Part shown: positions 1 to 11,473 of the stretch, piece by piece
Numbering within the stretch: position 1 is the first letter of the stretch
Layout: every line of letters starts with the position of its first letter
Assembly (NCBI GenBank): GCA_905178155.1
Contig: CAJINV010000013.1
Location: 3,096,158-3,160,157 of the forward strand
Origin: Amoebophrya sp. A120
Lineage: Eukaryota; Protista; Dinoflagellata
Direction: 5' to 3'
Length of the DNA stretch: 64,000 nt
The notes under the pieces: model-generated
Told to the model about the DNA's origin: nothing
Databases searched by the model: none
The model's input: only the letters and a program-made list of their open reading frames with translations
Made by a program: the position numbers and the translations under genes

Positions 1-259
1 GGTCACAAATCACATCTGTCTTGCAAGAAGACAAGGGCAAAAGCTTCGCCCCCATTATGGAGGCGGTTTGTCATGCTGTTGGGCCTAAAGGGGAGCCGTC
101 TGCCATTCTGAACAACTAGACCGATACGCCCCTGCATAGCCGGGGGATCTGGCCGCGATGCCTTCCTGCAATACAAAGCCGATTTGTGTACACAAATCCC
201 GCATCACAGATTTCCATTTCGATACGGGGTGGGGGGATTTTTTCTTTTGATACGAACAG

Positions 260-2281
260 ATCGTGAAGCATTTAAGGGAGATGAGTGACACGGCTAGTAC
301 CGGTGACACAGCACTACAAGCTGGCGCGGGAACATCATCTTCAAAAAGTGGAAATAAAGATAGAAGCAAGAAAACTAACACTACAAAAGAGCACAAGAAG
401 CTGAAAGTCCTGACGAAAGTTTTCGCCGACGACCACGACGAAATGTCCGACGATTCCGACACGGAGGAGGACGAAGCGGACAACTTTTCCTACCTGGACA
501 AAATTTACAACAACGAGAAACAAATGAAGCAACTGTTCCCGACCTGGTTTCAGCGAATGATGGAAGCACGGAAGCAGTTGTTGCCAAGCAGTATCCCGGA
601 AGTGCTGCCCTGCCGGGAGAAGGAGAAGGAGGAAATCTACGCGTTTTTGCGGATGGCGCTGGAATCCGGGGACTACGACCACAACAAGGTGATGTTCATC
701 GCCGGACTGCCCGGAACGGGCAAGACCGCGATCGTATCCGAGATTTTAAACGAGATGGCATCTTCTTCGACTTCATCATCGTCAGCTTCAAGTTCATCTT
801 CGAATGCTGGGATAAAAAATACTTCATCTTCGGCGGGCATTCTGTGTGCTTCAAGCCCAGCACGAGAACAACCTCTTGGTGGTAATAATTCGTCGTTGTT
901 AAAGAACACCTTCCGAGCTGCAGGCGGTGGACCCAGCAACTCAGTATTTTCCATGCCGGGGAACCGGATTATGCGGTGCAACTGCTTGAAACTGTTTGGC
1001 ACCTACAGCCTTTACCTGGAAATGCTGATGCACCTGCAACAGTTGAAGAAGCGCCCCCTGCCGAAGAAGGCACTGTCGTTGCTCGAAAAGGCGTTCCTGA
1101 AATACAGCACGAGGAAAGAGAAACTGATTTTATTTCTCGACGAGCTGGATGCGTTGAAGCAGAATTTACTGTACCGAGTTCTCGAATGGACCCTGAAATT
1201 CCCGAATTTGATTCTGATCACCATCAGCAACACACTGAATCTCCCCGAAAAGCTCGCACCGAGGGTGTACAGCCGCCTGCGACCGAAAAGATTGCAGATC
1301 CAACCGTACAGCTACGCGCAGCTGCGGGAGATCATCCAGAAGAGGTTAGACACGCTGAAGTGTTTCCAGCCAAACACGATCGAGCTCTGCGCGGTCCGAA
1401 TCGCGGCGGAAACCGGAGACGTAAGGAAGGCGTTGCAGGTGTGTCGCGCGAGCGTGGACTACAAAATGTTGGAAAACAAGAAGAGAATGCGCGAGCAGCT
1501 GGAGATATTGGAAAATAAGGAACACGAAGATGATGAAGGTGAAAGTGAAATAAACAACAACAAATCAAAACAAGTGGAAAAGTCTTCGGTCGAGATTTTG
1601 AAGCTGGACAAGGAAAAAAACCTACTGCAGAAGTACTTGAAAGCGGAGAACAAGAGACCCAACGACGTGTTTCAAATCACGCTCACCGACATGAACCACG
1701 TGGAGTCCGGGATTCTTCGTTCGAACTACAAGCTTCAACTGATCGAACAGCTACCCGTCAACGTCCGCTGGTTTCTCGTCGCGTTTGTGCACGAGCTGGA
1801 GCAGAGCTTCAACACTTCCAACGCCAACAGGACGAACGGAAACGCTCTCGACATGGAGGACGCGAGCTCCTTAGCGACCACCATTCTCGCGATTCGCAGC
1901 CAGATGACGGGGAGTCTGAACGACCTGAGCCTGGACAAATCGATTCAGACGTTTAACCACCCGTTGCTGAATTTTTCTGAGAGCGGGAACAAGTTCCACT
2001 CGGCTTGCGAAAGCTACTTTCCCTACGAGGCGTGCGTCCACTACTTGAAGTACTTGGAAAAGATCGGTGTTTTGGAGCATTTGGACGGGTCCAAATCTTC
2101 CAGCGCATTGAAGCAGGCAGCGAAAATTACCAGTTCCACGCCGGCGCGGAGCATTTACGACCAGGGGGCACTGGACGTGGTCCGGTTGGCTTCGGACTTG
2201 CAAATAGAAGACATTCGCTACGCGTTGACCCGCGCAAAGTGTCCGATAGGCAAGATTTTACTCAAGTTGATAATTGAGTGA
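260..2281 (+). CDS. ORC1/CDC6-family AAA+ replication-initiation ATPase (probably 5'-partial; earlier exons lie upstream of the window)
   Basis: LPCREKE motif, Walker A GLPGTGKT, Walker B LFLDELD, sensor regions ISNTLNLPEKL, PYSYAQLREII and GDVRKALQVCR. A likely acceptor (AACAG) ends at 259, in frame with the ORF. Confidence 0.9.
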   Translation: MVKHLREMSDTASTGDTALQAGAGTSSSKSGNKDRSKKTNTTKEHKKLKVLTKVFADDHDEMSDDSDTEEDEADNFSYLDKIYNNEKQMKQLFPTWFQRMMEARKQLLPSSIPEVLPCREKEKEEIYAFLRMALESGDYDHNKVMFIAGLPGTGKTAIVSEILNEMASSSTSSSSASSSSSNAGIKNTSSSAGILCASSPAREQPLGGNNSSLLKNTFRAAGGGPSNSVFSMPGNRIMRCNCLKLFGTYSLYLEMLMHLQQLKKRPLPKKALSLLEKAFLKYSTRKEKLILFLDELDALKQNLLYRVLEWTLKFPNLILITISNTLNLPEKLAPRVYSRLRPKRLQIQPYSYAQLREIIQKRLDTLKCFQPNTIELCAVRIAAETGDVRKALQVCRASVDYKMLENKKRMREQLEILENKEHEDDEGESEINNNKSKQVEKSSVEILKLDKEKNLLQKYLKAENKRPNDVFQITLTDMNHVESGILRSNYKLQLIEQLPVNVRWFLVAFVHELEQSFNTSNANRTNGNALDMEDASSLATTILAIRSQMTGSLNDLSLDKSIQTFNHPLLNFSESGNKFHSACESYFPYEACVHYLKYLEKIGVLEHLDGSKSSSALKQAAKITSSTPARSIYDQGALDVVRLASDLQIEDIRYALTRAKCPIGKILLKLIIE

Positions 2282-3163
2282 ACCGTAAAAGCGGAGGACA
2301 AGTGCTGGTAGATTAAAAATAGTTGCACCAATCAACGATTTTTTTTCTCGAACAAGATAGAGGCAGAGAAAAATTGAACCGCACAGAGCAAAAAATGAAG
2401 GTTGTAGTCGCCATCGACGCTACTGCTCTTGTACGTCGGGGTGTTCTTGTTGAAGCGGCCGCGCTAGAAGTTGTAAAGGAAAAAGCGGTCTTCGTACAAA
2501 TTCAGCTTGAAACTCAGTTTCGGTCCGTGAAGATACGCTGCATTTGCATTTCTGTGCCGTCGGTAGGGAAGAACTCTAAGTAGAAAGTTGAAAGTATTTC
2601 GGTTTTGTCGTGCGCAAAAAAACTCCATTTTCCTGCTCTCCGCTAATGCTAAAAAAATCGGTCCATGAGAATGTGAATTTGACGTGCTGCAATAAATCGG
2701 TCATCGTTCACCTCCACTGAGCAATTAATACTCGTTCCATATGTCAAGAAGACAAGCATCGTTCCTTTTTCGTTTACCGATTCGTACGCATGATTTGACG
2801 TGATGATCTACTGCTTTTCAAGTCTCCCTCCGAGGAGTAGAGTTTCGGAACAATCTTTTGCCCTGGTGGTTGTCTTCTCTCAGCAGTTCTGTCTGTACCT
2901 TAATTCAAGAAACCCGGTACTAAAATTTCAATTTACAACTACGTAAAGGTAAAACTTAATTCACATCTAGTACATCTGCTTCTCAACTTGTATAACATTG
3001 GCCATACAACCGACACCGACTTCATTTCACTGCCACGCTTCGTTTTCAACATTTTCAGCGAAGGCTCATACAACAAGCATCGAATAAACATCATCGGACA
3101 ATCAACACTCTTGGAAGCCACGCAGCCATTCTAAACTTCTCCCGCGAAAGAAAATAAATCAAA

Positions 3164-4303
3164 ATGTCTTCCCTGCAGAGCAGCGGGCACATGAAGCTCG
3201 TCGGCGCGGTGGCTCATTCCTGGCTTTTGACCAGTGGAGGGGGCGTCCTTGTCAGTGGCGCCAAGTTTGCCACCGGCAACAAATTTCTGGAGCAGGAAAA
3301 GGCTTCGTCCTACGTGGTCACGACGGAATTTCTGGGGCAGCAAGAATCCACCGCAGCGTATGGCGAAGAAGAAGAAGGCCAGCAAGGAGCCTCGAACCCG
3401 CAGGATGGTGAGCAAGCTACACCGGCTGAGGAAGACGGGGCGGTTGTACCAGCTTCGACTCAGTGCCCGCAAGACCAGCTCGGCGCGGATATGGGCCGGT
3501 TTCACTACGCGCGCCTGGACCTGAGCACCTCGATCCACCTGCCGCCCCATGACGAGAAGCAGGACGGCGACGTGGTCCGGGACGCCATCAAGGCCAACGG
3601 CGGTTTCCCGGACAAAATGACCTGGCAGGCGTCCTTTTCGTTCCCGAATTTGCCCAAGTCGAATTTGGAAGCGCTGGACGAAACGAACGTCGACGTGCTG
3701 TGGCTCAAGGCGGCCAACGACAAACCGTCGGACTACGTCACGGTTCTGTTCGACGACGCGGCCGACGAACAGACCCTGCTGGGCCCGATGTCCACCTACA
3801 CGAAAATGATTCACGACATGCTGCGCAACAAGGAAACCACCTGGGACATTCTCTTGCCGAAAATTTTTCTGTCCACTTTCGTGGCCAAAGCGAACCTGAA
3901 AACCAAGGACACCGAAATCGGCGACTTCACGACCGAGGACCCCGAAGAAGTCGGGAGGAAGTTCGCGCAGATGGTGGACGCGATGGTGACATCCCTCGCG
4001 TTGGACAACCTGGGCGAGAAGTTTTCCTTCATCATTGCGGAGAAGTACTCCTACATTTTCTCCCTGGCTTTCCCCTACGTCACGAAGATGCCGGCCCAGG
4101 TCATCCTTCTGAACGGGAAGGTGCACGAGGCTCGGTTTGCGCCCAACACGGACCTGCAGAAATCGCTGGTGAACACCCGCGTCATCCTGATGCAGGCGGC
4201 GTACGACGCTGCCGCCATGATGGACGGGGCCGGCACCTACCTGAAGCACCCGCTGGCCATGTTCGGAAACGCCTCCGCCGCGGGGTTGAAAAGTATTGAC
4301 TGA
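3164..4303 (+). CDS. Hypothetical protein, 379 aa, single exon
   Basis: Long ORF with CAAAATG start context and strong GC3 codon bias. No family recognised. Confidence 0.7.
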   Translation: MSSLQSSGHMKLVGAVAHSWLLTSGGGVLVSGAKFATGNKFLEQEKASSYVVTTEFLGQQESTAAYGEEEEGQQGASNPQDGEQATPAEEDGAVVPASTQCPQDQLGADMGRFHYARLDLSTSIHLPPHDEKQDGDVVRDAIKANGGFPDKMTWQASFSFPNLPKSNLEALDETNVDVLWLKAANDKPSDYVTVLFDDAADEQTLLGPMSTYTKMIHDMLRNKETTWDILLPKIFLSTFVAKANLKTKDTEIGDFTTEDPEEVGRKFAQMVDAMVTSLALDNLGEKFSFIIAEKYSYIFSLAFPYVTKMPAQVILLNGKVHEARFAPNTDLQKSLVNTRVILMQAAYDAAAMMDGAGTYLKHPLAMFGNASAAGLKSID

Positions 4304-4687
4304 ATCAATAAGTTTTGTATAGATATGGAGTTTATTTTTCGTCATACGAAGATACGATAGCACGCAAGTGAGGGCGTTCCACACTTGAATGACGAAAAAA
4401 CCTGGCCTCAGTCAACGACGTTACCACTGGGGTATCAGGGCAGGCTATTCCTGCCGCGCGTCGGAGGAGGGAGTTGTGCCGAGCCCCGCTCGATCTAATC
4501 ATCATCGTCATACGATAGGTTCAGGTTGTGCGCTCAGATTATGTCGTGGTCTTAGTGTCCATTTATTCGAATCATGTTCGTTCAGCTTTGTTCATGTGTG
4601 AAGCAGAAGGTTCAGTCAAAAAGACACATGCCGCTTAAATGTTAATGACAAAAATTACACACTCCCCCCGTCACGTCCTCACCACAG

Positions 4688-5717
4688 ACGCGCGTGATGC
4701 GATGCTGAAGGAGGCGACGGAGGAGGAAGGCGAGACCAGCAAGCGGTCCGCGATGAAGCTGCACAAGTCCAATGCGGACGGGACCAAGCTGACGCACGCC
4801 AACGACGTGAAGGAGCACTTCCACATCTTCTACTGGATCGTGCCCGCCATGGACAATTTCCATCGCCAGCAGGAGGGCAAGGCCATCGTCGGCCAGAAGT
4901 TTCTCAAGGGCGGGAAGCGCATCCGCCACGAAGGCAACCTGGCCCTCACGCTGACCGTCGACGCAACGATGGCGCAGTACGCACGGAACTACGCGGCCAC
5001 CGACATCATCAACTTCCTGCAGAAGATATCGAGTGAAAACAGTGTCTGGGTCTGGAAAGTTGTATGTGGTACTATAATATTTGAGAACCCAGCATGCATG
5101 GACAATAGCAATACAAAAATAGGCAGCTGCCAAGCATGACGAGGAGGTGTTGGGGACGAGTTTTGATGTGCTTGTGTTGCGTAAGTACAATTGTTCCACA
5201 TGAGAACATGCACTATTGCAATGTCGAATCAATCGAGCACACTAAAATGAACTTTCGCAGCATGATGCGTGACAAACTCTACAGACGTGGTGTTAATAGA
5301 CAAGCTTGTTGACAAGTCTACTTGCGATCTATCTTCCAGACCGCCCAGACTCAGACATGTTTGCCACGTCGATGAAAGAAGATGAATGGCATTGACAACC
5401 CTCAAACGCAGAAGCCGACCCACGACCCGGTGAAAGTCGTGGTGGATGACAATGAGCCGGGCTGCTGCGGTGGCGCGAACGACGAGGAGGAGGAAGGCGA
5501 AACGGGAGCGGAAGCTGCTGCGGGTGCTGGCGCCGCGAAACAGGATGAAAAAGCCAAGGATGCTGCGGACGCCGCGAAAACTGGTGGCGAAGCCGCCGGG
5601 GAAGAAGAGGAGGAGGACACCGACGCGGGCATGTGCGCCACGTGCGGGGGCAAGAAGGAAGGCGAGGAGGAGGAGGAGGGTGCTGCTGCTGCTGATGACA
5701 AGAAGGTGGAAAAGTAA
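4688..5717 (+). CDS. Hypothetical protein with acidic, Cys-containing C-terminus; exons ~4688-5025 and 5382-5717, 5' end uncertain
   Basis: Two GC3-rich ORFs join in frame (FLQK|MNGIDNP) when the 356-nt repeat-flanked intron is removed. A possible acceptor (CACAG) ends at 4687. Confidence 0.6.
5026..5381. mobile_element. Introner-like non-canonical intron (356 nt)
   Basis: Direct repeat AGAAGAT at 5021-5027 and 5377-5383. Imperfect inverted ends ATCGAGTGAAAACAGTGTCTGGGTCTGGAA ... TTCCAGACC..CAGACATGTTTGCCACGTCGAT. No GT-AG register within the repeat restores the frame. Confidence 0.7.
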
Positions 5718-7237
5718 GTGCGCTTCTCTTGGCGAAATTTGTTCAAGTAAGTACTTCGATTACTCTACTTGTTCTTCGAGCAGCACCACCAGATTGTCGA
5801 AACGCTGTCTAAGGGTTTACTAGGGCTCAAAGGGTTCAGTTTAGGGCTCCTATTTAGGGTTTCCATTTTTGGGTGTTCTTTCAAAAAAATTAATGCAGGG
5901 TTTTTACACGACGACACCGACAGGATTTTTGCTTGGGTGCAGCAGGACCTCCTTATTCAAAATTTCTCATAATTTATTTTGGAGTTGCACTCACGAGTAA
6001 CTTCGCGCGCAGAAACACATTAGAGTTGTATAGAGGGCGAAATCTTTATCTTCGACATCAAATTGAAATTCGGACTTTGTCGTTGCGTTGGCCGGTGGAG
6101 GTGCTACAGGATGTTGGTCTGAAAAAGGTCAAGGAAACAATACACTTTATCGGATTTCAAGAACCGAGGTTTAGGGCAGTATACTACCGATGTACGTAAA
6201 GTTGCACAACTCATGTCTCTATACATACGTAGTGAGTGGCGCATTTGCTAGTTTTCTTTATACAAAACTTACATAAACACTACAATCACGTCTATGTAAA
6301 CGACTCAAAAATCTCTATCCATCCATCTTCCATCAAGCAGACTCGGGACGGACTTCGGTCGCAGCCTCGAATTCTGGATGGAGATACAAATGTACTAAAT
6401 CTGGCCTTTAACAAGAAAACAAAATAAAAGAATCCATGAATAATTTCTACAAAACCGACAGTTATTTTGTAAATGGTTAGTTATGTGGTGCTGGCGCTCC
6501 AGCTACCGCTTCGACATAGAGAGCTTACAGCGGCCACTACGCGCGTGCATCAAGAGAACTATTACGAGGCCAAATTTTGCGCACACGCGACTAAAAGGAA
6601 GAAACTGTACTAGTGTAAGCAAGAACTACTAGCCATGAAAAAATCTTCAAACATACAGAGCGCTCCTGCGAACGGTGCGGAAGCACAGATGATCTTTGAC
6701 CCACACAAATATCAAGCGTTCACAGATGGATTTTGAGAGTCCCCCATCGGAAATTCGACATTCAGATCACCAAAGGAGAAGATCCGCTGCTGCTGGACCA
6801 TTTCTGTCGTCCCAAGCACGAATAGAGTTTGTCGATCTCGATCCCAACGAAACATGAAAAAAATGCAGAAGCATAGTGCCTTGGTTCGTGATCACCACAA
6901 CAAACCTGCTCATCTATGATCCACAGAACGATGATCAAATGATCGCGAAAAAACTGGCTACGGCTATTCGCAGTGTATTCTTCTTCTTTCGCGCTCTGCT
7001 GACCCTCCACAAGGGCAAATAGAAAACTTACTCACAACAACGTGCGGCAGCAAAGAGGAAGACGCTACGGTGTGGAAGTTGTAGTACCTGTTGTAGACAA
7101 GCAATGACTTCTAGAAATCGCGCGACGTAGTAGAGTAGAACTGCTTAAGGAACAAAAGTCAGTATTTTTTTCTAGGTTTAATTGCTACTTTTTCTTTTTT
7201 TTCGTACAGTTGTAGAAGAGAAAACAGCGTACAGAAA

Positions 7238-9315
7238 ATGAGGCTCGACACGTCCATTCTCCGTTACCTCACGAAGGAGGACTTTCGGGTGCTTACGTCG
7301 ATTGAAATGGGTCAGAAAAACCACGAATTTGTGCCCACGACACTGATCGAGGCAATTTCCAATCTCAGGAGAGGAGGTATAAATATTAGCAATGGAATGG
7401 ATCCGCTCTCTTGTCCGTACTTTTGATTGGTATGCATGACCAGCACTGTGTGAAGAGAGCTTCTCGCACGAACGCGCTTGATTTCTTCGATCCACTGCTG
7501 TAGTTGCAAGCGACCATCGGTCGTTGATGAAAATCAATGCAACAAAGCATAAACCAAAACCCCATAACGAACTACAGGTTGCCGCAAGGTCCTGTCCCTT
7601 CTTCTAAAGCACAAGCTGGTGGTTCACGACGGCAAGAAGTATGACGGTTATAAGCTCACGTACAACGGCTACGATTTCCTCGCTTTGAAGACCTTTCTCT
7701 CGCGGAACCTGATCGACGACGTGCAGATGACGCGCATCGGGGTCGGGAAGGAGGCCGACGTCCACGTGTGTTACGATCAGAACGGCAAGAAACTCGCTTT
7801 GAAACTCCATAGATTGGGGAGGATCTCCTTCCGATCCATCAAAAACAACCGAGATTATTTGCAGCATCGCAAGCACGCCAGCTGGATGTACTTATCCAGA
7901 CTCGCGGCGACAAAGGAATACGCGTACAGTAAAGCGCTGTTTGACGCGGGATTTAATGTGCCGAAAGCGATTGACCACAACCGACACGCCATTTTGATGG
8001 AGTTTGTCGACGCTTTTCCGCTCTACCAGATGCGGATGCTGAACCGACCGGAGAAGGTAAAAATATTCGTTCATCGGTGGATGTGGATGTGCATGGCAAA
8101 TCATATTAAACATAAGCGAATGGATTCTATTGTGAGTTCCACATGCGGCCAACCTACATCTTGACGAATATTCATTTGTGATGCAAAAATGACTTTTACG
8201 AAAAACAAAAACAGGTGATGTCCTCCCTCTTCCGCCTGCTCCTCAGACTGGCGAAAGCGGGGATCATCCACGGTGATTTCAACGAGTTTAACCTGATGAT
8301 CGACACAAACGAAAAAATCACGCTGATCGACTTCCCCCAAATCGTCACCATGGAACACACCAACGCCGACTTCTACTTCGAGCGGGACGTGAATTGCGTT
8401 CTGCGGTTTTTTCGAAAACGGTTCAATCTGGAATGCGAAGAATTCCCCACGTTTGAAGACGCGAAACAAATGTACGAGGAGTTGCAGCTAGAGAACAGTG
8501 GTGGTTGTGGTAGCACAAAAGATCATGCTGATGATGAGTCATTTTCTAGCAGCATGATGTCGGGCAATATCAATAGACCCGGATCATCTTCGACAAAAAT
8601 CCAATTATCTGCTGGCGGACTGCTGGAATCGGAAAACATGCTTCTGCTGGAGACGATTCAGGAGAACAACGAGGAAGATTTTTGCGAGGATGAAGAGGAC
8701 GATGATGAAGCAGAGGTTCAGGCTGAGAGTGAAGATGCTGAAGATCTAGTAGAAGCCGAAGATAATTCCGCTGACGAAGCTGCAGGTTCAGATGAGGAGG
8801 AGGAAGGTGTTGAAACGGCTGAAGGGAAACAAAACCAGGACAATTTGAACGACGACGATATTGAGGCCATGTATGAAAGAATGGCAAGGCTGGAGTTGGC
8901 GGAAGAAAATGTGAATGCCGCGGAACTGAACGGAATAATAAATGTGAAAGCAACTACTTCGAGTAGACAAAAATGCTCGCGGCCACAGGACCTGAACGCT
9001 TCGACCTGCGCGTCTTCTGTGTCCGAAGACCGAGAAGAAGCCTCAGAATCATCCGAATCAGAATCCGAGTCGGAGAATGAGGATAGAGCTGCAAATGGAG
9101 AAATGAATACGAAGAACCCCGGCATCGTCCAGGACCAGATCCACGTACTGCAGCGGAAAAAAGTGCAGCGGAAGGTGTTAACCGCGGACGAAGTGAAGAA
9201 CAAACTCAAACAGAAGGAAAAACAGCAAAAATTCAAAAACTGCAACAAGAATAAAATGCAAAGGAAAATGAAAAACGACGCCACCCAGGCCTGCAAAGAG
9301 ATGGGCGGATTTTAA
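7238..9315 (+). CDS. RIO2: RIO2 atypical protein kinase; join(7238..7376,7578..8056,8215..9315)
   Basis: LRYLTKEDFRVLTSIEMGQKNHE winged-helix N-terminus, GYKLTYNGYDFLAL, IGVGKEADV, KLHRLGRISFR, IIHGDFNEFN, IDFPQ. GT-AG introns 7377-7577 and 8057-8214 give 573 codons. Confidence 0.95.
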
Positions 9316-9842
9316 AAACATAGATTTAGGAGCACAGGACAAATGAAAAGAATTGTCTTATTCTTGCACAGCGACACTATTGAGCTGAAGACTTTTGATC
9401 TTCGAGCGAAACAACACCGATTACAATGAGCTGCCGCTACGGAGTTTAGCGTGAAGCTACTTTAGTACATACATCAGATAAACCCGCCTCCGTTATCTAC
9501 TTGGTGTTCGCTAGATTCTCTCGACGCCGTGCATACAACCGACAGAGCGGGAAGAGGACGATGAGACAGTTTCTTTCAGGAGTGGTTCTCTTTTCGGAGT
9601 GATTTGTGTTTCTGCGTATCATACGTGTGCATTGTCAACATCTGTGAGTGTGGGAGGTGCAGTGGCGCGCACGGGCCGCACTGCATTCTCCAAGTGCACA
9701 ACTAACTCATATGTTGCACCGTGTGCGCCGTTTGCTTCCTGTTTGCTAGTTGTTTGCCCCGACAAGCGCGGCTTTGAGAGTTGAAAAATCGAACCTTCTC
9801 TACACTGAGCTTCGCCGAGTGCGAGGAGGAATTCCCGGAATC

Positions 9843-10902
9843 ATGCCCCCTCCGCCCGGGGGATCGTTCTTCAGAGCCGGGACCATGTTTTCCTCTTTCA
9901 GGCAGGCGACAACGGGTTCGGGCTCTAAATTCAATTCCTCGTTCTTCTCCACCCGCCCCACGCTCAACACGGCGACCATCTTTGAGGCAGTGCAGTCCCG
10001 TGCATTCGCGACCCGAAACTTCGCGGAAAGGCTACGGCAACGGGCCGGGAATAGGTTCGCCCTCAGCAGGACAGCGGGGTACTTATGTTGTATCTTGATG
10101 TATAAACAAAAACAAGCAATTACGCAGATACCCTGGGTTGCCTCCGTCGGCGTTGCCCAAATCGATTCCGCGTGAAAGAACAAGCATGGTGCGTATCCAT
10201 ACACAAAAATACGTTCTACTGTTTACTTGCTCACCGTGATTCTAGTACCGCACTCTTGTTTAGGTCCGCTACCACTGGCCGCGCAGTGACTGGAAAATTT
10301 TCATCCTCATCCGCGGGCAACGCGGGTGCTTCGTCCGCCCGTGCCTTCAAAAATTTCAAGCTGAACGAGGGCGGTTTCCAGTGGTTTTGGAGAGGAGGGG
10401 GTACTACTGCTGGAGCGGGGAGAGGAACATCGAACGGGTCACAAAACTGGTTTCCGACCGTCGGGCTGGGTGTGGCCGTGATCGAGGAATTCGTGCTGGG
10501 TTTAGTGGTTCTCGGCTTGGCGTGCGGTGTACCTGGCAACACAAGTATGGCCATGATCGGACTCGTCAGTGTGGTATAGTGAATTTATGTTGACAACTTC
10601 TCGATGGTGTTTCATAATTTCTGGCGGCAACAAAGGCATAAGCATAGTAGATGTTGTATGCTTCTGCATGACAAGGTCCTCTCTTCCCGGTGTGTTTCTC
10701 ATATATACGCATGCAAAAGAACGACCAAAGATGAAAAAAGCAATCACAGATCGGCTTCTCGTGGGATTTGATCGGTGACTTGTCTCTCTCCGGCATGAAT
10801 TTGGGCAGTATCGAGCAACAGGGCGTGGAATTTTGTACCTGCATTCACTCCAGCCATTGCCTCATTGCCGCAGCGATGCTGACGGCCTCGGCGGGAAACT
10901 AG
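9843..10902 (+). CDS. Hypothetical membrane protein, possibly mitochondrion-targeted; join(9843..10078,10264..10573,10750..10902)
   Basis: Two GT-AG introns (10079-10263, 10574-10749) link three ORFs in frame. R/S/F-rich, acid-poor N-terminus and a hydrophobic segment (FVLGLVVLGLACGV). Confidence 0.55.
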
Positions 10903-11473
10903 ACGGGCTGTTGTAAATCAATGCTGCTGGCAGAGGACGCACGAGTAGGCGGAACAAAAAAAAACGATGCAGCGGGTTGATAAAATAAGTACAAGGGACA
11001 TGAGGTGGAATTTAGATTTGCGGAACAGGAAATGCTTCATCTCAGTCAAACGTAAAAGCAGATTGAAACATAGATGAAACAGTCCCGAGGAGATCCGAAA
11101 GGTGCGAAACGCGGCTAGAGCTACTCCTGCTCCGTCCCCTTGCTCCTTGGGTGATGATTTCCATTAGAGAGTTGATACTGCGAGGACAGAAAAAACAAGA
11201 CAAAGTTTCACTTTGTGGAAAACGGTCAGAGTGCGTGTGAGGGAAGTATGAATGTGTGGTCGAGACAGGAGGAGCTACCTAAAAACCTAAAGCAGCTGGA
11301 TTGTGCCTCTCATAGGATGCAATCAGTTTGTTCTCGTCGCAAAAAATTTTAGATTGTTTGACCAAGAAAAGACGACCAAACTTCTGAGAAGTTGTGTGTG
11401 ATATTGAATATTTCCACATTACGTCACAAGAAACTACTGCTAAACCTGAATAAACCCAGACCAGAAGATAGAA

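Noticed and set aside
3131-4384. Long minus-strand ORFs (also 23251-24144, 36579-37661, 38147-38890, 60466-61101, 63012-63506)
   Set aside because: These are antisense shadows of GC3-biased plus-strand genes and show no recognisable motifs.
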